NCBI GenBank assembly: GCA_963755715.1
Contig: CAVWLW010000036.1
Span: 52,117 to 116,116 of the forward strand
Source: an uncultured delta proteobacterium
Lineage (GTDB): Bacteria; Desulfobacterota; Binatia; UBA9968
Direction of reading: 5' to 3'
Length of the DNA: 64,000 nt
Below, one piece after another: positions 50,770-60,520 of this stretch. Position 1 is the first letter of the stretch, and every line of letters starts with the position of its first letter. The position numbers and the translations under genes were made by a program. Under the pieces are notes generated by a model that had not been told where the DNA came from, made no database searches, and saw only the letters and a program-made list of their open reading frames with translations.

Positions 50770-51759
50770 ATGCGACGCGTTTTCTGCCTGTTCTTTATCT
50801 TGCTCGCGCCTTGCTTGTCATTGCCGCAACCGTCGCAAGCCCAGGAACGCATGCGCATCGCCTGGGCAGGCAGCACGCCGTCAAATACGCCGATCTGGGT
50901 CGCCGATCAGAAAGGCTTTTTCAAGAAGAATGGCCTGAACGCCGAAGTGATCGCCATCAGCGCCAGCACCATCGTGATCCAAGCCCTGCTTACCGGCGAA
51001 GTCGATTTCATCATCGCGCCGTCAGCCACGCTGGTCACCTCGCGCCTGGCCGGCGCGGACACAGTGATGGTCTCCACCAACTTGCCGCTGTTCATCGATC
51101 ACATTGTTTCTCTCGGCAATATTTCGAGCGTGGAGCAGCTCAAGGGCAAGATCGGCGGCGTAAACCGTTTGGGAACAACGTCGGACATGACTCTCCGTCT
51201 CGCTTTGCGCCGCTTGGGCGTCGATCCCGAGAAGGAGACCAAGATCATCGCCACCGGCGAGAATCCGCAACGATTGGCCGCTCTGGCCAACAATCTCACC
51301 CAGTTCACCCTCCTCGGCGAACCGCTCGTGAGAGAAGCCGAGAAGCTCGGCTTTCGCGATTTGTATGATATCGGCACGCTGAAAATTCCCTACCACGTCA
51401 ACGCCGTAGTCACGCGCGAGAAGACGGTCAAGGAGCGGCGCCCGTTCGTTGCCAAAGTCGTCCGCGCGTTCACCGAAGCGCTGCATTTCATCAAGACCAA
51501 CAAGGAAGAGACCAAAACACTGATCGGTAAAAATCTGAAGACTAATGACGCGGAAGGATTGGAGCGCGCCTACCGCGCCTACAACGGCGCGTTTCCCGAG
51601 GTGCCTTACCCAAACGCCGAAGGAGTGAAGACGCTCCTAGATGACATCGCCCCGCGCACGCCGAAGGCAGCAACCGCCGATCCGAAGAGCTTTGTCGATA
51701 TGAGCTTGGTTCAGGAACTGGAAGCGTCGGGATTTATCAAGCAGCTATATAAAAGGTGA
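50770..51759 (+). CDS. ABC SBP, NMT1/THI5/SsuA-like
   Basis: PIWVADQKGFFKKNGL, QLKGKIGGVNRLGT. Confidence 0.9.
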   Translation: MRRVFCLFFILLAPCLSLPQPSQAQERMRIAWAGSTPSNTPIWVADQKGFFKKNGLNAEVIAISASTIVIQALLTGEVDFIIAPSATLVTSRLAGADTVMVSTNLPLFIDHIVSLGNISSVEQLKGKIGGVNRLGTTSDMTLRLALRRLGVDPEKETKIIATGENPQRLAALANNLTQFTLLGEPLVREAEKLGFRDLYDIGTLKIPYHVNAVVTREKTVKERRPFVAKVVRAFTEALHFIKTNKEETKTLIGKNLKTNDAEGLERAYRAYNGAFPEVPYPNAEGVKTLLDDIAPRTPKAATADPKSFVDMSLVQELEASGFIKQLYKR

Positions 51760-51858
51760 GCGCCACAGGCTAAATTCAGAATGTCCCCTTTTTTTGCTTT
51801 GTCCCGCCTATTTTCTTAATTGTCATCCATCCGGCGTAACCCGTACGCTACAAAAGAG

Positions 51859-51906
51859 TTAGTAGACTTAGGCAAGCCTGACCCAGATTGTTCCTCAGAT
51901 TGTTCC
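51859..51906 (+). repeat. Cassette-boundary hairpin motif, copy 1, with adjacent 11-bp duplication
   Basis: TTAGTAGACTTAGGCAAGCCTGAC followed by CAGATTGTTCC-T-CAGATTGTTCC. Confidence 0.7.
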
Positions 51907-52020
51907 CCCGCTCCCACGGCATCGCCATGCGGCGGCGCGTCAACGCATCGCGTTGGCGCGTGAATTCCTTCTCGGTAGCGAGCAGGTCAAGGCGCGCAGG
52001 TGCCAGTCGCTGTGGTGCAG
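51905..52020 (-). pseudogene. DUF899 N-terminal fragment truncated at the boundary motif
   Basis: ARLDLLATEKEFTRQRDALTRRRMAMPWER. Confidence 0.7.
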
Positions 52021-52028
52021 GAACGAAG

Positions 52029-52778
52029 TCAGCGCCTGCCGGTTCCCAGGTCGTCCGAATACCCGGCCTTCAGGCGAGACCACTGCGAGGTGGGACGTCC
52101 ATCGGTACGCATACGCTGCTTGCCTTCCCACCGTTGTGGCCAGCCGATGGGCGAGTCCTCCCACGTCTCCTGCCGCCCGTAGACGGTCAGGTCGAGCAGC
52201 CGGTAGTTGTTGTCCATCGCCTCGACGCCGCGCATCCACGTCCAGTAAGTCTCGAAGACATTGGATCCTTGGCGCAGGTAGCAAACGATGTGCATCATGC
52301 CCACCTGGCGTCCGACCAAGAGAGTTTCGAGCGAGTCCTGGGCGGCCGAGTACCAAGGCATCTCCCAGCCCATGAAGTCGCGGTACCGGGCGCTCTCTTC
52401 GTACGGGCCTTGGCAGAACGTGGCGTAGGTGACGTCGCGAGCATGAATATTGGACAGCTCGCGGACCTGCGATGTAAAGAAGGTGCACCCCTCGCACTGC
52501 TCCGCCGCCGGGTGGCCGGTGTGCCACATGAAGTAGTAGGCGATGAGCATCCGGCGTCCCTCAAACACATCCAATAGTGTCACCGCCCCACGTTCGCCAA
52601 TGAGCGGTGTGGCACCGTCCACCTCGACCATAGGGAGCCGTCGGCGGGCGGCTGCAATGGCGTCGCCTTCTCTTGTGTGAGCCTTCTCTCGAACCCGCAA
52701 TGCGTCCAGCTCGGCCTGGAAAGTACCCCGATCGACCACCGCAGGCGCTGAAGGTTCATCTTTCATGAAGTCTGTCAT
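52029..52778 (-). CDS. DUF899 thioredoxin-like protein
   Basis: REKAHTREGDAIAAARRRLPM, LLDVFEGRRML, CEGC, LDLTVYGRQETWEDSP. Confidence 0.9.
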   Translation of the reverse strand: MTDFMKDEPSAPAVVDRGTFQAELDALRVREKAHTREGDAIAAARRRLPMVEVDGATPLIGERGAVTLLDVFEGRRMLIAYYFMWHTGHPAAEQCEGCTFFTSQVRELSNIHARDVTYATFCQGPYEESARYRDFMGWEMPWYSAAQDSLETLLVGRQVGMMHIVCYLRQGSNVFETYWTWMRGVEAMDNNYRLLDLTVYGRQETWEDSPIGWPQRWEGKQRMRTDGRPTSQWSRLKAGYSDDLGTGRR

Positions 52779-53011
52779 CGTTCTCTCCGTTAGCGCCTGG
52801 GGCGCTGTTGTCATTTTCCCTGAGGTCGCGCTCGACCTCATGGTCTCCAGTCCTATGCCTCGTCATCGTCTTTCCTTTCCGCGCGGTGGTGAGATCACAG
52901 TCCGCCAAGATCTCCTCCTGGCTATGCTCCGCGCACCCTGCGGAAGCACTCGCGCAGCTCCTGTGTGAAAAGAGCCAGCTGCGTCGAAGGCGGCGAAGTG
53001 GTCGCCCTTCT

Positions 53012-53815
53012 TTAGCTCGCTTTCGCCTCTGCGTCGCGCTTTCGGGCGGCTTCCTGAGGGTCGGTTATTATGTCGACCCACTTCGGGTCAGGCGAGGCCT
53101 CGGCGTCGTAGTTGTCGTGCCAGTTCCACCACTTGTACGGCGGGGTCTGGGGGTAACCCTCTGGCGAGTCCTCCCACTCCTCCTGGCGCCCGAGCGCAGT
53201 GATGTCGAGATAGTTCCAGGTGCTCCCCATCTGCTCGTCGCCGCGGCTGTTGATGAAGTAGGTGCGGAACACCCGCTCGCCGTCGCGGATGAACGCGTTC
53301 GTGCCGTGCCATTCGTCCACGCCGAAGTCGGCGTCGAAGCCGTCGGTCAACGTGTACCATGGCATCTCCCAGCCCATCCGCGCCTTCACGCGCTCGATGT
53401 CCGTCTGCGGCGCGCGCGAGGCGAACGCGAGGGTCGTGTCGCGGGCGTTCAAGTGGGCGACGTGGGCGACCTGGTCGGCCACGAAGGAGCAGCCGCGGCA
53501 GGCGTGCTCGGGCCAGCCGAACACGCCGGGCTCGAAGAAGGCGCGATAGACGATCAGCTGACGGCGGCCCTCGAACAGGTCGAGCAGGCTAACCTTGCCC
53601 TTGGGCCCGTCGAACTCGTACTTCTTCTCCACCGCCATCCACGGCATCCGTCGACGCTCGGCGGCCAGCGCATCGCGGGAGCGGGTCAAGGCCTTCTCCT
53701 TCACGAGGAGCTGCTGGCGCGCAGCCTCCCACTCCTGCTGCGACACGATCGGGGGTGTCTTCATCGCGAGATGCCCTTTCGGGTGCTCCTTGTCTCTCTC
53801 TTTGCTTGTTGCCAT
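53012..53815 (-). CDS. DUF899 thioredoxin-like protein
   Basis: EWEAARQQLLVKEK, LLDLFEGRRQL, CRGCS, LDITALGRQEEWEDSP. Confidence 0.92.
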   Translation of the reverse strand: MATSKERDKEHPKGHLAMKTPPIVSQQEWEAARQQLLVKEKALTRSRDALAAERRRMPWMAVEKKYEFDGPKGKVSLLDLFEGRRQLIVYRAFFEPGVFGWPEHACRGCSFVADQVAHVAHLNARDTTLAFASRAPQTDIERVKARMGWEMPWYTLTDGFDADFGVDEWHGTNAFIRDGERVFRTYFINSRGDEQMGSTWNYLDITALGRQEEWEDSPEGYPQTPPYKWWNWHDNYDAEASPDPKWVDIITDPQEAARKRDAEAKAS

Positions 53816-53816
53816 C

Positions 53817-54148
53817 TTATTTCTCCTTTGTTTTCTGAAACAGACCGAGACGATTCGCTCTGAAAAATCTTCTGAACTTGCCGATGCACACCGCCAGAAT
53901 TCCTCCCGTGGATCCGGCTCCGGCGACCATTACTGCTACTGCTGTGGATCGCCCTCGGAAGAGGTCCGTCAACGAGGCTCTCCTCTCATCGGTCTCGAAT
54001 CGATACTCCTTTGCGATGCGAACCCACGGCAGCTCCTGGCGCCGCCGCGCCAGCTCGTCACTGCGCCGCGTTAGTTCCTTCTCCGCCTTGAGCAGTTCGA
54101 GCCGCGCTGCGAGCCACTCTTCACGTGTCCGGTCATGTGCTTCGCCAT
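53817..54148 (-). pseudogene. Chimeric DUF899 remnant (N-terminus fused by deletion to a small-peptide tail)
   Basis: MAKHMTG/(shift)REEWLAARLELLKAEKELTRRSDELARRRQELPW...DLFRGRS joined to TAVAVMVAGAGSTGGILAVC...KTKEK. Confidence 0.7.
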
Positions 54149-54157
54149 GGCCGCCTC

Positions 54158-54535
54158 CTATTTCTTGATGGCGAAGTCCGCCTCGTCAAAAATCTGACGG
54201 ATCTCAATCACGTCGCCTTCGTCGGCGGGGCACCGCTGCGCCCATTTCACGAGCTCTTCTTTTGAGTTGGCCTCCACCATCCAATAACCGCCCAGCACTT
54301 CTTTCGACTCGATGAACGGCCCATCAGTCACCGTCGGCTTCCCTTTGCCGAACGAAACACGCGCGCCGGTGTTGAGCGGATGAAGGCCGTTCAGCGAGAG
54401 GATTTTGACGGCCTTGCCCAACTCCCCATTAAAGCGGGCCATCTCTTCAACTTTCTTTGGGTCGGGCACAAAGCCGGGGTCCAACTTCTTATTGCCTCTG
54501 TAAACATTGGGGATCATCAGCATCATGAATTGCAT
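54158..54535 (-). CDS. YciI/DGPF-family protein
   Basis: VTDGPFIESKEVLGGYW, IEIRQ. Confidence 0.92.
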   Translation of the reverse strand: MQFMMLMIPNVYRGNKKLDPGFVPDPKKVEEMARFNGELGKAVKILSLNGLHPLNTGARVSFGKGKPTVTDGPFIESKEVLGGYWMVEANSKEELVKWAQRCPADEGDVIEIRQIFDEADFAIKK

Positions 54536-54724
54536 AGGTCTTCTCCTTGGTTTTTATTTTGGTCCTGCACCCTTAGTCGTTTGGCGGCCCCCAAATTCGA
54601 CACACATCCAAACCATTTTTTTCCGATCTCCTGGAGCCGCCGTTCCCAAATACCGCCGCTCCGGAGCGGAGGCAACACAAAGGCTGTCGGGCACGCTGTC
54701 ATCTGTCCACGATCTTCGATTTCT

Positions 54725-54748
54725 CCCTGGCCGCGGAAGCGGCCAGGG
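54725..54748. other. GC-rich hairpin (possible terminator) next to the boundary motif
   Basis: CCCTGGCCGC-GGAA-GCGGCCAGGG, perfect 10-bp stem. Confidence 0.5.
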
Positions 54749-54761
54749 AATTGGCACAGAA

Positions 54762-54781
54762 TAGACTTAGGCAAGTCTGAC
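54762..54781 (+). repeat. Cassette-boundary hairpin motif, copy 2
   Basis: TAGACTT-AGGC-AAGTCTGAC (AGACTT/AAGTCT perfect stem). Confidence 0.7.
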
Positions 54782-54881
54782 AGCGAAAAGCCTTCTTCTA
54801 CCGAACATCAACCAGGTTGAAGCTACCTTCGGACAGCCTAACACTTAAGGGTAACCAGTCGAGGCCAGCCAGCGAAGCGAG

Positions 54882-55168
54882 CGAGAAGACCGTCAAGGAA
54901 CATCGCCCCTTCGTCGCCAAAGTCGTCCGCGCCTTCACCGAACCGCTTCATTTCATCAAGACCAACAAGGAAGAGACCAAAGCGTTGATCAGCAAAAATT
55001 TGAAGAACAACGACCCGGAAGGATTGGAGCGCGCGCACTCCGAAGGCCGCAACCGCCGACCCGAAAAGCTTCGTCGATATGAGTTTGGTTCAGGAACTGG
55101 AAGCGTCGGGGTTTATCAAGCAGCTGTACAAAAGGTGAGCCACAGGCTAAATTCAGAATGTCCCTTTT
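54882..55168 (+). pseudogene. Diverged duplicate of the 3' end and downstream flank of the 50770-51759 SBP gene, with an internal deletion
   Basis: Aligns to 51416-51790 including stop and CACAGGCTAAATTCAGAATGTCCC; about 86 bp (51570-51655 equivalent) missing at a CGCGC microhomology. Confidence 0.85.
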
Positions 55169-55245
55169 TCGCTTCCTTACTTGCTCGATGGCGTCCCGTC
55201 TTTTTTGATCCCGCATCGTCGCCGGAAACCGGAGGAAGCGGATCG

Positions 55246-56244
55246 ATGGCAACCCGACCTCTCATGAAATCGGTAAAATATTGGACGGTGTGTCTCGCTG
55301 TTGTATGGCTGGCAGCGTTGGCGGCGACGGGCGTAAATGCTCAAGGCAAGAGCTCGGGCGCCAAGATCAGGCTCGGCACGCCGTCGGCATCGCTGAGCTA
55401 TTTGCCCATCCATGTGGCGCTGCAGAAGGGTTTCTTCGCGAGACGGGGTTTAGATGTCGAAGTCATTCAGATGGCCGCGGGTTTGGTAGCGCCGGCGCTG
55501 CTCAACCGGGCGATTGATTACACCACGATTCCGAGCGGGCCGGCCACGGCGGGCGCGCGCGGCGCGCCGTTGAAAGTTATTTGCTTTACATCAGTGAAAC
55601 TCCAGCATGTGCTGGTGAGCCGGCCGGAAATTTCGGCGGTGAGCGATCTCGCCGGCAAAAGGATAGGCGCCGGGAGCTTTGGGACTCTGCCGGCCTACGA
55701 GGTTCGGGTGCTCATCGAGAAATATCGTTTAGGCGCGAACACCATCATCGTGCCGTTGAATTCGACTCTCGATCGGATGATCGGGACCCAACGGGGCACC
55801 ATCGATGCCACCGTGGTGCCGGTGCCGTCCGACTTGAAGGCCGAAGAGATGGGATTGAAACGGCTGCTACAGATGGGGTCGATCCTGCCGATTCCACAAG
55901 CCGGTTTCGCCACCAGCGAAGAAAAAATCAAGACCGCGCGCCAGGAAATTGTCGAACTCCTCAAGGCGACGATCGAAGGAATCGACTTCACGTGGAATCA
56001 ACGTGAGGAGACCATCGACATCATCGCCAAGTGGATCAAGCTCAATCCGATACAAGCGGCCAAGGCGTATGATTCCGTGCGCGACACGTTCTCCAAAATC
56101 GGCGTGCCCACCGAGGAGCAGGCGAAAGCCTACATCGCGATGCTCACCTCGACGGCGAGTTTGAAAGGAGATGTTGCGGCCGGATCGATCTTCGATTTCT
56201 CCCTAGCCGCAGAGGCCGCCAAGGAATTGGCGCAGAAGAAATAG
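55246..56244 (+). CDS. ABC SBP, NMT1/THI5/SsuA-like
   Basis: RBS GGAGGA before ATG 55246; signal peptide; KGFFARRGLDVE, DLAGKRIG. Confidence 0.88.
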   Translation: MATRPLMKSVKYWTVCLAVVWLAALAATGVNAQGKSSGAKIRLGTPSASLSYLPIHVALQKGFFARRGLDVEVIQMAAGLVAPALLNRAIDYTTIPSGPATAGARGAPLKVICFTSVKLQHVLVSRPEISAVSDLAGKRIGAGSFGTLPAYEVRVLIEKYRLGANTIIVPLNSTLDRMIGTQRGTIDATVVPVPSDLKAEEMGLKRLLQMGSILPIPQAGFATSEEKIKTARQEIVELLKATIEGIDFTWNQREETIDIIAKWIKLNPIQAAKAYDSVRDTFSKIGVPTEEQAKAYIAMLTSTASLKGDVAAGSIFDFSLAAEAAKELAQKK

Positions 56245-56382
56245 CGCAAAGGACACCGCGCTCTCACGTTAAAAACGTGGTGAGACCGACGAAAATCCGA
56301 AATGTGTCAACGCAAGATCTGACCCCAACATCGCACGGCTTTCGCAAGTAATCCATCACCCTCAATGCCCCGTAGAATTTCA

Positions 56383-56412
56383 TTGACAGGTTCGTCGCAG
56401 GCTGAATATAAA
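56383..56412 (+). promoter_or_regulatory. Putative sigma70 promoter
   Basis: TTGACA-N18-TATAAA upstream of 56442. Confidence 0.5.
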
Positions 56413-56441
56413 CGGCTCAATATAAGCGCGGGAGCACTTCA

Positions 56442-57962
56442 ATGCGTAGACATGGCACAGCGATCGATCGGCGCCGATTCTTGCGGCAGAGCGCAGCTCT
56501 AGGATTGGGAACCCTCTTCGCGCCTGCCTTGGCTCCAAGGGCGTCGGCGGCAACTAAAGATCGCATCGTCATCTATCAAGGCGTCAGTCTCGACTCGCTC
56601 CATCCCTACGGTTACAGCGGCGGCGGCATCACGGGCATCTGGCGCCACATCATCGAGCCGCTGATCCAGATGGATTACGACCGCAATGAATACGTCGGCG
56701 TGCTCGCTCAGTCGTGGGAGTTTCAAGGCCGCAAGTGGATTTTTCATCTGCGCAAAGGCGTGCGCTTTCACAACGGCGCGCCGTTTACTTCGAAGGACGT
56801 CGCCTACTCCATCGACAAACTGCAGAACGACAAGCGCAGCTTGCAGGGCGCCTACGTGCAAGGCGTCGAGGTGGAAACGCCCGACGATTACACGGTGGTT
56901 CTTACGACCAAGAGTCCCAATGCGCTTTTGCTCACCAGGCTGGAGACTCGGTTTATTCTCTCGAAGGAATACGGCGACGATCTGGACAATGCCACGGCCG
57001 GCACCGGGCCGTACAAATACGTGAGCTGGCAGCGCGGCGGCAACCTGGTGCTGCGGCGCAATGACGATTACTGGGGTCCCAAGCCGCAAATCCGCGAGGT
57101 GATTATCAAAGGCGTGAAGGAAGAAGCGGCGCGCGTGGCGGGACTGTTGGCCGGGCAGGCCGATCTGATCAGCAACGTGCCCATCGAAGACGTCGACCGC
57201 ATCGCCAAGCATCCGCGCGTTCGGCTTCAGGAGGTCGTCGGCTTTCGCATGTATTTTCTCGGCATGAACGTGACGATGAAACCTTTCGACAACAAGCTCC
57301 TGCGCCAGGCGATCAACTACGCGCTCGATCCCCACGTCATGTTGAAGCACATCTACGACGGCCACGGCGCGGTGGTGAACGGGCCGCTGGGCTCGAATTG
57401 GGTCGGCTTCGACCCGAAGATCAAGCGCTATCCTTACGACCCGAAAAAAGCGCGCGAGCTGCTGGCCAAAGCCGGTTATCCGAACGGACTCGAGACCAAG
57501 CTCTATCTCGCGCCGGACCGCCACCTCAAAGGCAGGGAGGTTTGCGAAGTGATCGCCGATCAGTTGGGCAAGGTCGGCATCAAAGCCGAGCTGGTGCCGC
57601 AAGAGTACGCCATCTACTGGGGCAAGGACGGCGTCAACGGCGGCAAGCTGCCGTTCTACTACGCCGGCAGCAACGGCAGCGACGCCGATGTCTATTTCGA
57701 ACAATACTTTCGCACCGGCGGTTCCAAGCGCATCAACTACAACAATCCGGAATTCGACAAGCTCATCGACGAGGAACAACGCACCGGCGATCACAAGAAG
57801 CGCATCGCGATTCTCCATCAGGCGGGCCGCATTCTCATGGAAGACGTGCCGTTCGCGCCGCTCTATACGCTCGCGGAACTTTACGGCGTGGCGCGAAACG
57901 TTATCTGGAAGGGCTCACCGGACGGTAAGATTCTTGCCTCGGAAATGAAAATCAAAGGCTAA
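56442..57962 (+). CDS. Family-5 (DppA/OppA-like) SBP with Tat signal
   Basis: DRRRFL Tat motif; LRKGVRFHNG, GTGPYK, PFDNKLLRQAINYA, YDPKKARELL. Confidence 0.92.
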   Translation: MRRHGTAIDRRRFLRQSAALGLGTLFAPALAPRASAATKDRIVIYQGVSLDSLHPYGYSGGGITGIWRHIIEPLIQMDYDRNEYVGVLAQSWEFQGRKWIFHLRKGVRFHNGAPFTSKDVAYSIDKLQNDKRSLQGAYVQGVEVETPDDYTVVLTTKSPNALLLTRLETRFILSKEYGDDLDNATAGTGPYKYVSWQRGGNLVLRRNDDYWGPKPQIREVIIKGVKEEAARVAGLLAGQADLISNVPIEDVDRIAKHPRVRLQEVVGFRMYFLGMNVTMKPFDNKLLRQAINYALDPHVMLKHIYDGHGAVVNGPLGSNWVGFDPKIKRYPYDPKKARELLAKAGYPNGLETKLYLAPDRHLKGREVCEVIADQLGKVGIKAELVPQEYAIYWGKDGVNGGKLPFYYAGSNGSDADVYFEQYFRTGGSKRINYNNPEFDKLIDEEQRTGDHKKRIAILHQAGRILMEDVPFAPLYTLAELYGVARNVIWKGSPDGKILASEMKIKG

Positions 57963-58029
57963 GTAAATCGCTAAAAGCTCGCGTCAGAAAACAAGTTGAT
58001 TGAATTTCCGATAGGTCAGGAGAAATAGC

Positions 58030-58581
58030 ATGGCTTACACGCTCGATGAGTTCGCCGCCGACTGCCGTCGCATCCTCAAGGCCGACCCAGGTCCGGCGGG
58101 GCGCGAAACGGTGCGAAAAAAATTGCAGGACTTGCTGATGAACGAGGATTTCGTCGCCGCCAATTGCGGGCCGAACGCCAGCGTCGGCACCAATCTACTC
58201 TATGAGGACCCGGAGTTAGGCTTCCAGATCCTGGCGCATATCATGGACCGGGACTATGCCGGCGGACCGCACGATCATGGCGACTCCTGGGCAATTTATG
58301 GCCAGGCGGTCAAACATACCGAAATGAGCGAGTGGAAGCGTACGGATGACGGCTCCGTTCCCGGCAAAGCGACAATAGAAAAGGCGAAGACCTATCGCAT
58401 GGAGCGCGGCCAGGCCGGTATCTTCCAGAACCGCGCCATCCACTCCATCGCCTACCCCGCCGGCGGGCGTTTCATCCGCGTCACTGGGACAAATCTAGAG
58501 AACATCGCGCGCGGCCGCTACAACAGCGAGGCGGGTACCATGGTGGTAGAGAAACGCCCCAACTTTCGCGGTGCCGCGTGA
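58030..58581 (+). CDS. Cysteine-dioxygenase-like cupin, hypothetical
   Basis: PHDHGDSWAIYG and distal IHS. Confidence 0.7.
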   Translation: MAYTLDEFAADCRRILKADPGPAGRETVRKKLQDLLMNEDFVAANCGPNASVGTNLLYEDPELGFQILAHIMDRDYAGGPHDHGDSWAIYGQAVKHTEMSEWKRTDDGSVPGKATIEKAKTYRMERGQAGIFQNRAIHSIAYPAGGRFIRVTGTNLENIARGRYNSEAGTMVVEKRPNFRGAA

Positions 58582-58688
58582 ATGACTAAAGTCAGGATTT
58601 GACTCCAAGCTTCATAGGCTATATCTCCGCTCGGAAAAAAGATGGTTTAAGTGTTCTATCCCTGTCCCAAGTTATAACTTGAGAACCG

Positions 58689-59708
58689 ATGGCTATGCGC
58701 CGCCTATTATTCATCGCGATTTTTTCGGTCGCGTTAAATTCTCTGTGCTCCCATTTTGCTCTCGGGGCTGCCGCCGGCAAAATCATTCTCGGCTATGCCA
58801 GCCCGGGCCGCGCCCTGCCGTTTTGGGTGGCGCAGGATATTGGACTTTTCAACAAGTATGGCGTTGATGTCGAACCGGTGTTTATCCGTGGCGCGCCAAT
58901 TCTCGTCGCCGGCCTGGCAGCGGGCGACATCCAAGTCGGCAGCACCGGCGGCAGCGCGACGCTCGCCGCCGTCGCCGGCGGGCAGGACTTAAAAATCATC
59001 GCGACCTTTGGCAGCCGCAACAACTTCGACTTAATGGCTCAACCCAACCTCAAAAGGCCAGAGGACCTGCGCGGCAAGCGCATCGGGCTCACCAGCATCG
59101 GCGGGACTACCTGGATGGCATTGCTGCTTTGGCTCGAGCACTTCGGCCTCGATGTTCAGCGCGATAAGATGCAGCTCCAGGCGCTCGGCGAACAGGCGCT
59201 GACGGTGCAGGCCCTTGAGGCCGGTATAATCAATGCTGCGGTCCTGGACGGCATCAACTCGAGCCGAATCAAACCCAAGGGATTCACGGTTATCGGCGAA
59301 TACTCCGATCTCAAGCATCAATTCCTCAGCCAGGCTTTGGTGGTGCAACGAAGTTTTTTGCAGCAGCGCAGCGACACATTGGAGGCCTTGCTCAAGGCTG
59401 AAATCGAAGCGGTAGCCTACATCGTGGCACCCAAGAACAAGGCGGCGGCAATCAAAACATTGATGCGGCGCATGAAAATCAATGCCGCGGGGGCCGAAGA
59501 GGGCTATCTTGACCTATTGCGCGTCTTGGAGCGCAAGCCGCTTCCGTCGGTCGAAAGCATGGTCCATGTGCAGCGCTTGATGAAAGCGCAGAATCCAAAA
59601 ATCGGCGCTGTGAACCTCGATGAGCTCAACGACGCGCGCCTGATCAAGAAACTCGATGATAGCGGCTTTATCGATAAGGCATTCGCGGCACAGGGAATGA
59701 AACCGTAA
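58689..59708 (+). CDS. ABC SBP, NMT1/THI5/SsuA-like
   Basis: PFWVAQDIGLFNKYGVDVE, DLRGKRIGLTSIGG. Confidence 0.88.
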   Translation: MAMRRLLFIAIFSVALNSLCSHFALGAAAGKIILGYASPGRALPFWVAQDIGLFNKYGVDVEPVFIRGAPILVAGLAAGDIQVGSTGGSATLAAVAGGQDLKIIATFGSRNNFDLMAQPNLKRPEDLRGKRIGLTSIGGTTWMALLLWLEHFGLDVQRDKMQLQALGEQALTVQALEAGIINAAVLDGINSSRIKPKGFTVIGEYSDLKHQFLSQALVVQRSFLQQRSDTLEALLKAEIEAVAYIVAPKNKAAAIKTLMRRMKINAAGAEEGYLDLLRVLERKPLPSVESMVHVQRLMKAQNPKIGAVNLDELNDARLIKKLDDSGFIDKAFAAQGMKP

Positions 59709-60121
59709 AGATCTGTATGCTGCGAGCGAAGGAAACACAGTTCGTGCGTTTCGGATGACCTCGGGTTGAAAACATCAAGATTCAAGACGTGACCCCGCAT
59801 CCTGTGTTTTCCGATTCGCGATTCGCGTACCGCTTCGCGACATGGGTTTCAAGGTCCTCAAGCTACTCGCGATCTTTGCCCGAGTGACGCCGTCCGAATG
59901 CACTATTCCAGATGTTTTGCCGTTGATTGCCGCGCGGGTAAAGCCCGTCGGCATCTTTAACAGCTAAAAGCGGACTTGACCCGATTTGGATCGCTCCAGG
60001 CTCGCCCGAAGCACACGCGGTGCGCACAGAAAGACGATTGACATCCCACCGGTCCCGGCGATATAGCTCAGGCCAGAAAAAAAAGTGGTTTAAAATTCCT
60101 ATACAGTCTGAGTCGGCACTG

Positions 60122-60520
60122 ATGGCCCAACAGTCCGTGGAGATGATCCTCGTGCGCCAGTTGGCGAGTTATCTCTTCGTGCCGGTGCTCGTCGTCGACA
60201 CCACGGGGACAGTGGTCTTCTACAACGAGCCCGCCGAGCGGATTCTCGGGGTGCGCTTCGAGGAGACGGGGCGCATCGGTCCCGAGGAGGTCGAGCGGCT
60301 CATCGAGCTGAGCGATGATCCCGCCGCCGGCCCGGACGAAGCCGGTCGGCCCATGGCCACCGCCCTCCAGCAGAGACGCCCCGCTCACGCCCGCCGCTGG
60401 CTGCTGCGCCGTGGCGATCGCGTGCGGCTGCAGGTAGAGCTCACCGCGTTCCCCGTCATCGACCAGGAGGATCGCCTGCTCGGGGCCGTGGCGATGTTCT
60501 GGGAGCGGTTAGGGCCATGA
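60122..60520 (+). CDS. Stand-alone PAS-domain protein
   Basis: VLVVDTTGTVVFYNEPAERILG, AFPVIDQEDRLLGAVAMF. Confidence 0.85.
   Translation: MAQQSVEMILVRQLASYLFVPVLVVDTTGTVVFYNEPAERILGVRFEETGRIGPEEVERLIELSDDPAAGPDEAGRPMATALQQRRPAHARRWLLRRGDRVRLQVELTAFPVIDQEDRLLGAVAMFWERLGP

Noticed and set aside
52808-53863. 351-aa plus-strand ORF
   Set aside because: Antisense to DUF899; no recognisable domain.
54817-55245. Apparent N-terminal extension making a 475-aa SBP
   Set aside because: Read-through of the duplicated pseudogene fragment; the real RBS, ATG and signal peptide start at 55246.
56499-57818. 439-aa minus-strand ORF
   Set aside because: Antisense shadow of the DppA-like gene; no motifs, typical of high-GC codon bias.
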